Shown: positions 48,241 through 57,785, counted from the first letter of the stretch. The stretch: 64,000 bases of DNA from Alphaproteobacteria bacterium (GCA_964291285.2 OZ219786.1:32001-96000); one strand, 5' to 3'. The notes: a model not told the origin generated them from the sequence alone. Translations and numbers: made by a program.

Positions 48241-49973
48241 TGCCCAAGGACACGGACAAGCCCATGACGGTCACCGCAGGCGGTGCAATCTTCGGAAAGC
48301 TGAAGGCGCTTGGCGTCGACTATGTCTTTGCCAATTCAGGGACGGATTTTCCGCCGATCATAGAAGGGCTCATCGAGGCCCGCGACAAGGGCATCGACCT
48401 GCCCCAGGCGGTGACGGTGCCGCACGAACACGTCGCCGTGGGGATGGCGCACGGCTACTACCAGATGACTGGACGGGCCCAGGCGGTGATGCTGCACACG
48501 AATGTCGGGCTGTCGAACGGGGCAACCGGGGCGATCAATGCTGCCTGTGATCAGGTCCCGATGTTCCTGATGTCCGGAAGAACGCCGGTTGCCGAGGGCG
48601 GTCGTTTCGGGGCCCGGACCGTCCCCATCGGCTGGGGGCAGGAGATGTACGACCAGACCGCCCTGGTCAGGGAAGCGTGCAAGTGGGACTACGAATTGCG
48701 CTTCTCCGACCACGTCGCTGAGGTGCTGGACCGGGGATGGTCGATTGCCAACTCCACGCCCCAGGGGCCGGTTTACCTTAGCCTACCCCGCGAAGTCCTG
48801 TGTGAACCCTGTCCTCCTGACGGCCTCGACCAGCCGTCGCGCATGGTTCCAGCGGTCACCGCTCCCTCCCAAGCGGCATTGGATGGTGCGGCCGCACTGC
48901 TGGCCAAGGCGGAAAGTCCGCTGATCATCGCACAGCGCGGTGCAGGCTCATCGGAGGCGTTCAACACCCTGGCGCGGTTCGTCGAAGAGTGGGCCATGCC
49001 GCTGTCGCACTACTGGGCGAACCAGATCGCCATTCCAATGTCCAACCCGTGCCATGTCGGCTGGAATCCCGGCGATCTGTTGAACGAGGCGGACGTTGTA
49101 CTGGTGGTCAACGCTCTGGCCCCCTGGTGGCCGGACCACGCTGCGCCCCATCCTGACGCAAAGGTCATCCATCTCGGGCCAGACCCGCTCTTTGCCCGGT
49201 CAACGCCGATCCGGACCTTCAGGTCGGACGTGACATTGGCGGGAGATACCGCCCAGACGCTTCTGGCGCTGATCGAGGCCGTGAAAGGGTGCTCCCGGGA
49301 CGCCGCGGCGTTGGAACAGCGCAGGGCGAGGATTGCAGCGATCGCTTCCGGGGAACGCGAAAGGGTCCGGGAGAACGCAAAGCGGGGCTGCAGGAGCCCG
49401 ATGTCGAAAGAATGGGTCAGCCATTGTCTCGGCAAGGCGATCCGCGGTCGCAAGGCGAGCGTGTTCCACGAACTCGGCTGCCCGCTGCCGCCGCTCGAAC
49501 TGGACGACCACCAAAGCTATTTCCAGGAGCCGCATTCCGGCGGGTTGGGCTGGGGACCTCCCGCCGCGATGGGCGCGCAGCTTGCCGACCCCGACCGCCT
49601 GGTCTTCGCGACCGTCGGGGACGGTAGCTACATGTTCGCCAATCCAACAGCCTGTCACCAGGTCTGTGAGGCCCTCGGCCTGCCGGTCATCACGCTCGTC
49701 CTGAATAACGAGGAATGGGGCGCTGTCCGCCATTCGGTCGAAGGGCTCTACAAGGGCGGGTTGGCGTCGAAGTCGAACGACGTACCCCTGACATCGCTGC
49801 GTCCCAGCCCCGACTTCACGAAAACCGCCGAGGCCAGCCGCGCCTATACCGAAACCGTGACGAACGGCCACGACCTTCCCGCTGCGCTGGAGCGGGCCAT
49901 CAAGGTGGCGACCGAGGATAAGCGGCAGGTGCTGCTCAACATCGCCATCGAAAGAACCAGCCCCCACCAGTGA
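48240..49973 (+). CDS. Thiamine-pyrophosphate-requiring enzyme (acetolactate synthase/decarboxylase-like)
   Basis: N.GTDF, PHE.VA.GMAHGY, GPVYL.LPRE, GDGSYMF...NN. Confidence 0.9.
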   Translation: MPKDTDKPMTVTAGGAIFGKLKALGVDYVFANSGTDFPPIIEGLIEARDKGIDLPQAVTVPHEHVAVGMAHGYYQMTGRAQAVMLHTNVGLSNGATGAINAACDQVPMFLMSGRTPVAEGGRFGARTVPIGWGQEMYDQTALVREACKWDYELRFSDHVAEVLDRGWSIANSTPQGPVYLSLPREVLCEPCPPDGLDQPSRMVPAVTAPSQAALDGAAALLAKAESPLIIAQRGAGSSEAFNTLARFVEEWAMPLSHYWANQIAIPMSNPCHVGWNPGDLLNEADVVLVVNALAPWWPDHAAPHPDAKVIHLGPDPLFARSTPIRTFRSDVTLAGDTAQTLLALIEAVKGCSRDAAALEQRRARIAAIASGERERVRENAKRGCRSPMSKEWVSHCLGKAIRGRKASVFHELGCPLPPLELDDHQSYFQEPHSGGLGWGPPAAMGAQLADPDRLVFATVGDGSYMFANPTACHQVCEALGLPVITLVLNNEEWGAVRHSVEGLYKGGLASKSNDVPLTSLRPSPDFTKTAEASRAYTETVTNGHDLPAALERAIKVATEDKRQVLLNIAIERTSPHQ

Positions 49974-50008
49974 CCGGGGCAAGACAACGAAGACAAGAGG
50001 AGAAACAC

Positions 50009-50995
50009 ATGACTGTCTTCACCAGGATCCTTGGCGGAGCCGCCGTTCTGGCCATCTCGACCGCGGCCTATGGCGACGAGTTGAAACTCGCGCATTTCGC
50101 ATCGACCAAGTATCACCTGCATAATGAGATGTTCGTGCCCCTTTCGGAGCAACTCGCGGAGGCCACCGGAGGGGCGACCACAATTCGCGTCTATCCCGGC
50201 GGGGAATTGGGCGCCGGACCTGCCAAGCAGTACGACCGGGTACTCGATGGCGTTGCCGATTTGGTCTACGCCCTTCCGGGCTACACGGCGTCGCAGTTCA
50301 AGCAGACGCTGCTGGTCGAGCTTCCGGGCGTCGTGAATCCGGGCGCGAACAAGACCGAAGCGATCTGGAACAACATCGACATGCTCGACAGAGAGTTCCG
50401 CCGTACCAAGCTCCTCGGGTTGTGGACAGCGGCTGACGGGTCGCTCCTCATGGCCGACAAGCGGATCGAAAACGTGTCCGACCTGGCGGGACTGAAGATT
50501 CGCGTGCCGTCCAAAAACACCGGACGCCTTGTCGAGGCCTGGGGCGCAACCGCTGTGTCCATGCCGATTACCCAGGTCTACCAGGCCCTGGAGACCGGCG
50601 TCGTCGACGGAACGCTCGTCGACACATCGGTTCTGACCAGCTTCAAGCTGGGCGAGGTGACCAAGTACATCACATCCGGCATGAACGCCACGAACTCGAT
50701 GTTCATGCTGGTCATGAACCGCGACAGTTGGGATGCCCTCGACGCTGACACGCAGGCGAAGCTCACCGCGTTAACCGGGGCAGAGTTGTCCGAAGGTGGC
50801 CGCGTCACCATGACGAACGCAGCGGATCGTGCCTTGGCCAAGTGGATCGAAGAGGGCGGCGAAGTGATCGAGCTTTCGCCGGAGGCCGCAGCCGGGTTCA
50901 ACGCGGCCAGCGACGCCTTGGCCGCCGCGGTCATCGCGGAACTCGACGGCGAAGGCGTTGACGCCTCGGCCTGGGCTGCCGCTCTTCGGAACTGA
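50009..50995 (+). CDS. dctP: TRAP transporter substrate-binding protein
   Basis: Signal peptide, YPGGELG, DL.GLKIR, Y.ALE.GVVDG. Confidence 0.88.
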   Translation: MTVFTRILGGAAVLAISTAAYGDELKLAHFASTKYHLHNEMFVPLSEQLAEATGGATTIRVYPGGELGAGPAKQYDRVLDGVADLVYALPGYTASQFKQTLLVELPGVVNPGANKTEAIWNNIDMLDREFRRTKLLGLWTAADGSLLMADKRIENVSDLAGLKIRVPSKNTGRLVEAWGATAVSMPITQVYQALETGVVDGTLVDTSVLTSFKLGEVTKYITSGMNATNSMFMLVMNRDSWDALDADTQAKLTALTGAELSEGGRVTMTNAADRALAKWIEEGGEVIELSPEAAAGFNAASDALAAAVIAELDGEGVDASAWAAALRN

Positions 50996-51510
50996 TGGCC
51001 GGGGACTTCAAGATAACCGGTGGCGCTCCGGACCTTCCGGAGCGCCTGCTCCGGGGGGTCGCTCTGGCCGGCGGTCTCGTTCTCATTGCGATAATGCTGT
51101 TGGTAAGCGCCGCCGTGTTTGCTCGGTACGTCGTGAACCAACCGATCCTGGGAGATCAGGAACTCGTCGAAATCGGGATGTCCCTGGTCGTCATGATGGC
51201 CATGCCGTTTGCCGCGCTGAAGGGGGCCCATATCCGGGTCGATATCCTGGATGGTCCGATCGGAAGACGCGGCCGGTTCTGGGGCGATGTCTTTGCCCGG
51301 GTCGTCTCGTGCTTCGTCCTGTTCCTTTTGATCCACAAGACGTGGGACAAGGCCTGGGACGCCCGCGAATACGGCGATGTCACGAATATGATCGAGATAC
51401 CGGTCTGGATCGCATACGGCGCAATTTCTGTTGGCATGGCGCTGTTTGCCGTGGTGCTGGCAGGTCAACTCTTCAACCAATTCCGCCGGGCGGTTCCGGC
51501 CCGTGAGTGA
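50995..51510 (+). CDS. dctQ: TRAP transporter small permease
   Basis: 4 TMs, HIRVD motif. Confidence 0.88.
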   Translation: MAGDFKITGGAPDLPERLLRGVALAGGLVLIAIMLLVSAAVFARYVVNQPILGDQELVEIGMSLVVMMAMPFAALKGAHIRVDILDGPIGRRGRFWGDVFARVVSCFVLFLLIHKTWDKAWDAREYGDVTNMIEIPVWIAYGAISVGMALFAVVLAGQLFNQFRRAVPARE

Positions 51511-52804
51511 AACGCTGATCGGCGTCGGCGGAATCGCCGCTCTCTTCTTCTGCCTGGTCGCCCGGATGCCTGTGGGAATGGCTTTGCTTGTCGTCGGCTT
51601 CGGCGGTATCTGGGTCATCGACGGCCAGAGGGCAGGCATTGCGACCATGTCGTCCGAAACCTATTCGTCGATCACGGGATACAGCCTGTCGATCATCCCG
51701 CTCTTCGTTCTTATGGGCAACGTGGCCGGGGCTGCCGGGTATTCGAAGAGGCTCTACGAGGCTGCCAACGCCTGGATCGGTCGCCTGCGGGGCGGCCTGG
51801 CCTCTGCCACTGTCGTGGGCTGTGCAGCCTTCGCTGCCGTGTCCGGGTCGTCGGTTGCCACAGCGGCAACCATCGGCAAGGTCGCCTTGCCACAGATGAA
51901 GCGTTTCGGCTATGCCGATGGCCTCGCCACCGGGTCCGTAGCCGCCGGCGGGACTCTCGGTATCCTTATCCCGCCGTCAACCGGCTTTATCCTCTACGCA
52001 ATTCTGACCGAGGAGAGCATCGGCAAGCTCTTCATCGCAGGAATCCTGCCGGGCATTCTGCTGTCGCTCCTCTTCGTGTTGGTCATCATCGTTATCACCT
52101 CGCTGAAGCCGTCCGAGGGCCCGGGCGGTCCGGGCACGACCGTGGGACAAAAGCTCCTCGCAACTTTGCGTTCTTTACCGCTCGTCGGCGTCATTCTCGT
52201 CTCGATCGGAGGTATTTACCTCGGTGTCTTCACGCCGGTCGAGGCGGCAGGTGTCGGTGCGACGCTCGTCACCGCGATGGCTCTTGGGACCGGCGCGGTT
52301 CGATTGGGACGGGTGCCCGGCATTCTGCTGGAAACTGTCACCATGACGGCGATGCTCTACCTGATCATCATCGGAGCGCATGTCTTCGGTCCATTTCTGG
52401 CCCTCACCCACATCCCCGAAACCTTGTCGCTGGAACTCAAGGAACTCGGCCTCGGGCCCTACGCGACACTGACCATGATCCTGATTGGATATGTGATCCT
52501 CGGCATGTTCTTCGACGGGCTTGCCATGCTCGTGGTCACACTCCCCGTTGTCTTCCCGATCATCTCGGGTCTTGGCTTCGACCCGATCTGGTTCGGCGTG
52601 ATCTGCGTGATCGTCATCGAGATGGGACTGATTACTCCGCCGGTCGGGATCAACGCCTTCGTAGTGAAGGGTGTGGCGTCCGGAGTTCCGATGAGTACCA
52701 TTTTCAGGGGTGTGCTTCCGTTTTGGTTTGCAATGGCAGCCTGCCTTCTGCTCTTGGTGTTGTTCCCCGATATTGCCTTGTTCCTGCCGAACCAAATGAG
52801 GTGA
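51503..52804 (+). CDS. dctM: TRAP transporter large permease
   Basis: IPLF.LMG, SGSSVAT, LIPPS, FTP.EA, ITPPVG. Confidence 0.92.
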   Translation: MSETLIGVGGIAALFFCLVARMPVGMALLVVGFGGIWVIDGQRAGIATMSSETYSSITGYSLSIIPLFVLMGNVAGAAGYSKRLYEAANAWIGRLRGGLASATVVGCAAFAAVSGSSVATAATIGKVALPQMKRFGYADGLATGSVAAGGTLGILIPPSTGFILYAILTEESIGKLFIAGILPGILLSLLFVLVIIVITSLKPSEGPGGPGTTVGQKLLATLRSLPLVGVILVSIGGIYLGVFTPVEAAGVGATLVTAMALGTGAVRLGRVPGILLETVTMTAMLYLIIIGAHVFGPFLALTHIPETLSLELKELGLGPYATLTMILIGYVILGMFFDGLAMLVVTLPVVFPIISGLGFDPIWFGVICVIVIEMGLITPPVGINAFVVKGVASGVPMSTIFRGVLPFWFAMAACLLLLVLFPDIALFLPNQMR

Positions 52805-52975
52805 CGGGCGCAACGGCGCGGCCTCATGACCATCCCCCGCATGCTGAAGGAAGCAACCGCAAGGCCCGTAATCCTGCGGGCCCGGCTCAACCTGCCCAAC
52901 GTGAACCAAATGCCGGAGTGGGCGGACGGACTGCCCAGCCGCCGCAGCAAGCTCCCACAAAAAGAGCATCGGCTA

Positions 52976-53000
52976 TGGCGGATGGGGAGGGATTCGAACC
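52976..53000 (-). repeat. att site: duplicated 3' end of a tRNA-Ser
   Basis: Reverse complement GGTTCGAATCCCTCCCCATCCGCCA (T-loop, acceptor 3' strand, G discriminator, CCA); no 5' half is adjacent; arm-like repeats ttgcccacc/ttgcccgcc at about 53049-53070. Confidence 0.85.
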
Positions 53001-53122
53001 ATGTGAGAAATATAAAATGTATCAATGACTTGCGGATGATGAAGAAATCTTGCCCACCACTTTGCCCGCCCCCGCCGCCGCGTGCTACACACGCCGACGG
53101 GGAGGAGTCCGCGCAAAGGCCC

Positions 53123-53335
53123 CTAGCGGCTCTTGACCTTCCCAAGCAGCAGCCTGGAGCGTCGGCAGCGGACAGCAACATTGGACCGGCCCAGGCGGAC
53201 CGCCACGGCCTCCAGTTCGGACACGGGCTTGGGCTCGCCGCGCTTCGATTTGCGACCGTTCACCGGCAGGGGTGCAGCCGCCAGGGCCTGCTCATCCTCT
53301 TCCGGCGTCCACCGCACGTTGATTCTTGCCATCAT
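53123..53335 (-). CDS. Small Myb/SANT-like HTH protein
   Basis: RWTPEEDE...AVRLGRS..AV..R; coupled to the portal stop. Confidence 0.55.
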   Translation of the reverse strand: MMARINVRWTPEEDEQALAAAPLPVNGRKSKRGEPKPVSELEAVAVRLGRSNVAVRCRRSRLLLGKVKSR

Positions 53336-54414
53336 GCGTCTCCTTCTGCTGCCAGCAGCCCGGTCACGGCGACGGCCTCGGCCATGGGCATGCCGCCGGC
53401 GACCAATTTCTGGAATGCCTGCGCCCGGCCGGCCAGGTCGAGCGGGTAGGTGTCGAAGCGCAGGTGCACCGGCACCGACAGCTTGGCCGTCAGTTCATGC
53501 GCGAGCATCCGGGCCAGCGGCTGCACCGTGCCCATATGCCACTGCCGCAGCGCCTCGCGCTTCGCGGTCCCGTCGCTATCGTCGAACAGCGCCGGGCTGC
53601 ATCCGCACGCCGCCAGCATCCGGGCAAAGGCCCCGTCCGCGACCGCCCCCACTGCGTCGGGCGGCGACGGCCCCAGGCGCGATGCGCTCCAATCCTTCTG
53701 CGGGGCGGCAACCCGGCCCTGGTCCCAGCCGGCTTGAGTGGTCTCTACCAGCACCGCCTTGCCCCGCGCCTTGGCGATGTCGGCCTTGAGCATGGCGAGC
53801 GGGTCATCGTCGCCGCCGTCGCCGCCGTCTTGCGGAACGGAGATTATCTGCGCCAGCGGCCCCGCCGCCTCGTCGGCCAGGGACCGCTCGATCTCCGCCT
53901 GGAGCTTCGCCGTGTGCGCGGCCCAGGACAGCGGCCCGGACCCGATGTAGGGCTGACCCGGCGAGCTACCCCACCGGACGAAAATCACGCTTGATGCCGG
54001 TAGCTGCCAGGTGGTGGAGGTGGAAGGCCCGTAGGCGGTCGCGCGCACGGTCCAGGACGCGGGATCGTGTCCGCCCTCCCAATGCCAGGACGCGGCCGGG
54101 ATCAGGTGCGCCCCGCCATCGCTCATCCGGATGACGTGCATCGAGACGCCCGCGCGGACCAGATCGCGGCCCACCTGCGCCAGAAACGCCGGCGTAACGG
54201 CTTCCTGCACCCATGACGGCGCGTCTACGTCTGCCGCCGCGAAGGCCCTCGACAACGCGCCCGCTGCTGCCTCTACGGCGGCCGTGCTCGATGTGTCAGC
54301 CGCCGTTCCTGCCGCCGTGCTCTCGATCAGCCTCAGCACCGCATCGGTAAACTCGCCGCCGCTGTCTCGCGTCTCTGGCGCTTTCTCGCGCGTCCTGGGC
54401 CAGCGCCAGGGCAT
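53332..54414 (-). CDS. Phage portal protein (divergent, about 360 aa)
   Basis: AAVEAAAGALSRAFA, G.GPL, MLAACG.SPALF, TVQPLAR.L..EL..KL; position in the head module. Confidence 0.75.
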   Translation of the reverse strand: MPWRWPRTREKAPETRDSGGEFTDAVLRLIESTAAGTAADTSSTAAVEAAAGALSRAFAAADVDAPSWVQEAVTPAFLAQVGRDLVRAGVSMHVIRMSDGGAHLIPAASWHWEGGHDPASWTVRATAYGPSTSTTWQLPASSVIFVRWGSSPGQPYIGSGPLSWAAHTAKLQAEIERSLADEAAGPLAQIISVPQDGGDGGDDDPLAMLKADIAKARGKAVLVETTQAGWDQGRVAAPQKDWSASRLGPSPPDAVGAVADGAFARMLAACGCSPALFDDSDGTAKREALRQWHMGTVQPLARMLAHELTAKLSVPVHLRFDTYPLDLAGRAQAFQKLVAGGMPMAEAVAVTGLLAAEGDA

Positions 54415-54773
54415 CAGCCCACCAGCCCCGCGCGGCGCACCTTCCACGGCGAGAGCAGGCCCTTGGCCCCGCAGTCCCGGAACATGGGCGCGTGATTGAC
54501 CACATACTCCATCGACTGCGGCCCTAAGGTATGTGATTTCACGCCATCGGAAAATCGGTCCTTCAGATACCCCGCAAACCGGATCACCGCCTCATCTTTC
54601 ACCACTTGGGGCGCGCCGGCCGCTTCTCGCTCCACCAGGGCCGCCGCAACGGCCCCTACACGCTGGGTGCGTGCATCGCTATCCGGCACGCCGTCCAGGC
54701 GTATGGCCGCCCGTAGCTTTGCCGTCGCCGCTGTCAGCGCCGCAGGGTTCGTGGGCCAGGGACTCAGAGCCAT
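54414..54773 (-). CDS. Head-tail connector (HK97 gp6-like)
   Basis: 119 aa, APQVVKDEAVIRFAGYL, LL.PW; located in the head module. Confidence 0.65.
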   Translation of the reverse strand: MALSPWPTNPAALTAATAKLRAAIRLDGVPDSDARTQRVGAVAAALVEREAAGAPQVVKDEAVIRFAGYLKDRFSDGVKSHTLGPQSMEYVVNHAPMFRDCGAKGLLSPWKVRRAGLVG

Positions 54774-55723
54774 GCCCGCCGCCTCCGTGCTCGCGGCGCA
54801 TGGGCACTCGCCAGTTCATCCGGCGTCGGCACCAGGTCAGGCGCGGGCCAACCCTCGCGCGCGTCGGTCGCCGAGACGATGAAGGCCCGAATACCGATCC
54901 GCTCGTAGGCCATGGCGGCGCTCCCGTCCTCGCGGGGGATCGCCACGCCCTCCGAACGGTCGGCATCGAGGAAGGGCCGCACAACAACGCCGGCGTCCTC
55001 ATGGGCGGCGAGCACCGCGTCGCCCGCCGCCCCGCGCGGTATGTCGATCTCCACATCCGCGCCGCCCTCCACGGCCCGGCCGCGCATGGTCCCTCGCCCG
55101 GCACCGGCGAGTGGCGCGGCGTAGCTGCCGAAGCCGGCGACTGCCTCCCGCTCAAAGCGCGTGAACACCTCGTCAAACGCTTCCTTCAACGCCTCGCCCG
55201 TGAAGCGCGCGAATTTGCACCCGTCCCCCGAACACTCGCAGGCCAGGTCCGTATCGGCAGGGATATGCGCCCGGAGCGTTCGACCCGACCGCGCGCGCGC
55301 CTCGACCCGGCTGGCCTCGTAGGATGGCGCGCGGACAATGCCGACCCCCGAGAGCACGGCGTCCTGAATGACGCGCAAGCCTCCCTCCCGGCGCTCCTGG
55401 ACGGCCTCGAACTCCACAGACAGCCCGCCGAGGCGCCCGGCCCTGATCTCAGCCAAGGCGCGGTCGGCCGCCGGTATGGGCGGCAGGGTCGCTGTCATCC
55501 GGAGTGCATCGCGGCCCTGCCGGAGTTCCAGCCCGCCGCCCGGCTGCCAGGCAACAGCCCGCTCCGCATCGTGAAACAGGTTGAGGGGGATGGCGGCCGC
55601 CATGCGCAGGCTGCCCGGCTCGAACCGCTCCCGGTGCGAAGGAGAGATATCGCCGTAGCGCATGACGGTCCCGGACAGCCGCCGCCCTTCCGCCCGGACC
55701 TCGCCCGCCGCGCGCCGCTCCAT
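54764..55723 (-). CDS. HK97-family prohead protease with a C-terminal extra domain
   Basis: ERFEPGSL, LNLFHD (His), GLSVEF (Ser), PSY. Confidence 0.8.
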   Translation of the reverse strand: MERRAAGEVRAEGRRLSGTVMRYGDISPSHRERFEPGSLRMAAAIPLNLFHDAERAVAWQPGGGLELRQGRDALRMTATLPPIPAADRALAEIRAGRLGGLSVEFEAVQERREGGLRVIQDAVLSGVGIVRAPSYEASRVEARARSGRTLRAHIPADTDLACECSGDGCKFARFTGEALKEAFDEVFTRFEREAVAGFGSYAAPLAGAGRGTMRGRAVEGGADVEIDIPRGAAGDAVLAAHEDAGVVVRPFLDADRSEGVAIPREDGSAAMAYERIGIRAFIVSATDAREGWPAPDLVPTPDELASAHAPRARRRRAWL

Positions 55724-55734
55724 CAGGCCGGCCC

Positions 55735-57000
55735 TCAGGAAGCGACCTTGAACGCCGTCTGCGCGTAGGCTGCCGGCTGGACCAAGATCACGTCGCCAAG
55801 CAGCACGTGCATGGTGAAGCTGCGGGTCGCCGATGCAGCGCCGGAATAGATGTCGTCGATGGAGACCTCGCCCCAGTGCGGGCAAACCGCCGTGCGCATC
55901 CCCGTGCGGCCCCGCCGGTGCAGTATCGCCTGCTGCACGTTGGTCGCCGCTGCCGGCATCCTGGCGTTGGTCCACCAGCCCCCCGTGTGCGCGGCGGCAT
56001 AGTCGGCGAACGAGATCGCACCCAGGTCGGCGCTCACAATGTCCCGGAACGTCTTCGCCGAAAGCTTGTAGGTATCGACGCCGGCGACGATGGCGACCTC
56101 GCTCATGCGCGAGGCCCACAGCCCGTCGATGCCGTCCGCGAACGCCTCCACGAAGGCGTCAAAGTCGGCAATCTTCGTGGGCGCGGTCGGGTCGGTCAGG
56201 CGTTGCAGGATGCCGGAGAGGTTCGGTGCCGTGCCGTTTCCGTTCAGCCCCTGCTCGTCTAGCTCATCCGACAGAGCGAGGCTGAGGTTCTGCCGTAGCG
56301 CCGCCTCGAAGTTCGCCTGGCCAACGGCGGCGATATCCTCGAGACGGAGTTCCAGCCGGGCGGACACCCGCTTCGGGGTCGCGGTGGTGACCGTGAGCGC
56401 CGCCGCCGTGGCCGCGATCGCCGCGCCCTTCGCTTTCGCATCGGCCGTCAGTGACGTCCCGATGGTCGCGGTCGCGTATGTGCCGGATGCGACACGCGGC
56501 ATCTCGACGCCCAGCCGGGGCACCACGGCGGCGGCGAACACGGCCGGCCGGATCGGATCGAGGTTGACGCCGACCGTGGAGGGTGCCGGCGAAACCGCAC
56601 GTTCCTCGCGCCGCTCGGTATCCCACAGTTCGATCGGAATGCCCTGCACGCCGGCGGCGGCAGCAAGCTCATGCTCCGGACCGTCCACCAGGCGACCGCG
56701 CGCGGCGGCCAGCAGGTAGTTCGTCAGGCTCGCCCTGCCGCGAAGCTCGATGCGCTCCCGCATTTCCGCGTCAGGCTGGCCGACGAGGGTTTCCGTCCGC
56801 TGCTCGGCATCTTCCTGCTCCACCGCGACCCGTGCGGCGCGCAGCTGGCGCTCAAGGTCCGGCGTGCCGGCCTCGATGGCGTCGAGTTCGGCACGGGTTT
56901 CCTCGGTCAGGCTGTCGGCCCGGCCGAGTTCCGCCATGCGCTGCCGCTCCTTGCTCCGGCGGTCCCGAAGTTCTCGGAGTTTCTGCTGCGCGGGGGTCAT
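55735..57000 (-). CDS. Major capsid protein (HK97 fold, N-terminal coiled-coil delta domain)
   Basis: About 421 aa; coiled-coil N-terminus, LNGNGTAPNL.GIL, VQP.AY C-terminus. Confidence 0.82.
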   Translation of the reverse strand: MTPAQQKLRELRDRRSKERQRMAELGRADSLTEETRAELDAIEAGTPDLERQLRAARVAVEQEDAEQRTETLVGQPDAEMRERIELRGRASLTNYLLAAARGRLVDGPEHELAAAAGVQGIPIELWDTERREERAVSPAPSTVGVNLDPIRPAVFAAAVVPRLGVEMPRVASGTYATATIGTSLTADAKAKGAAIAATAAALTVTTATPKRVSARLELRLEDIAAVGQANFEAALRQNLSLALSDELDEQGLNGNGTAPNLSGILQRLTDPTAPTKIADFDAFVEAFADGIDGLWASRMSEVAIVAGVDTYKLSAKTFRDIVSADLGAISFADYAAAHTGGWWTNARMPAAATNVQQAILHRRGRTGMRTAVCPHWGEVSIDDIYSGAASATRSFTMHVLLGDVILVQPAAYAQTAFKVAS

Positions 57001-57317
57001 CAGCGGCCCTCCTTCCAGGCGTTCGCGAGTTCCTCGATATAGGCCCGGCGCGCGGCTTCGGCTTTCAACGCCGCCTCCCGCGACGCCGGCGGCATCCACC
57101 GGCAGGCGAAAGAGGCGAGGTGCGCAATCACCGCGCTGTCACTGGCCTCCTCCACCGGGACCATTTCGATCCGAGGCATCTCACCGTCATCGGCGGGCGG
57201 CGGCATATGCACGACCAGCCCGCCATCATGGTCGCGTATCGCCTGACGCGCCGCCGCAAGCCATTGGACTGCCGACGCCGACAGCCGCACGGTGCGCGTC
57301 TTTCCGGTGTCACTCAT
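57000..57317 (-). CDS. Hypothetical protein, possible ribbon-helix-helix N-terminus
   Basis: RBS ggaggt; KTRTVRLSASAVQWL; stop overlaps the capsid ATG. Confidence 0.6.
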   Translation of the reverse strand: MSDTGKTRTVRLSASAVQWLAAARQAIRDHDGGLVVHMPPPADDGEMPRIEMVPVEEASDSAVIAHLASFACRWMPPASREAALKAEAARRAYIEELANAWKEGR

Positions 57318-57343
57318 CCGCCACCTCCATGTTGCGCTCCGTG

Positions 57344-57371
57344 ACTATATTCGGACGGCGTATAACGTCAA
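57344..57371 (-). promoter_or_regulatory. Sigma70-like promoter for the capsid operon
   Basis: Reverse complement TTGACG-N16-TATAGT. Confidence 0.6.
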
Positions 57372-57456
57372 GCGGTAAAGTCAGCGCCCGCCCCCGCCGC
57401 CGCCCTAAACTCGTCTATGGGACGGCGTACGAAACTGCCGCGCAACGAGCGGCAGT

Positions 57457-57490
57457 CAAAAAAAACCGCCGCACCGCAACGAGGGCGGAG
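57457..57490 (-). terminator. Putative intrinsic terminator after HNH
   Basis: Reverse complement ccgcc...ggcgg stem followed by a T-tract. Confidence 0.55.
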
Positions 57491-57491
57491 G

Positions 57492-57785
57492 TTACGAGCG
57501 CGCGGCCAACTCCCACACCGCCCGCACCCACTCCGCCGCGCCCGGGATTGGCGGCCCGCTGTTCTCCCGTGCGGTCTTCGCCAGGTGGCAGCTTCGGCAC
57601 AAAGTTTGCAACCCGTTCGGATCGTAGGGGTCCTGGCCCGGCTCCCTCTGGAACGGGGTGATGTGGTCGCACTCCAGCCGCCCGGCCCGCCCGCAGGCGA
57701 CGCACCGCCAGCCATCGCGCTCGAAAACCGCGCGGCGCACTGCCTGCCAGCGGCCGGCGTGCAGCCGGGTATGGGCGCGGCTCAC
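57492..57785 (-). CDS. HNH endonuclease (terminase-associated, gp74-like)
   Basis: RDGWRCVAC, LECDHI.P, NGLQTLCRSCH..KT. Confidence 0.88.
   Translation of the reverse strand: MSRAHTRLHAGRWQAVRRAVFERDGWRCVACGRAGRLECDHITPFQREPGQDPYDPNGLQTLCRSCHLAKTARENSGPPIPGAAEWVRAVWELAARS

Larger units (their letters stand above)
46838..52975. mobile_element. Putative genomic islet (catabolic/TRAP cargo) adjacent to the tRNA-Ser att
   Basis: Visible drop in GC and GC3 after 46.8 kb; left edge tggcggatgg (46838-46847) repeats the start of the att at 52976. Confidence 0.5.

Noticed and set aside
52976-53000. Possible intact tRNA gene
   Set aside because: Only the T-loop and acceptor 3' end are present, so it is treated as an att duplication.
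52826-53449. 207-aa ORF after dctM
   Set aside because: It crosses the att site and overlaps satellite genes on the opposite strand; at most a gene remnant that I cannot identify.
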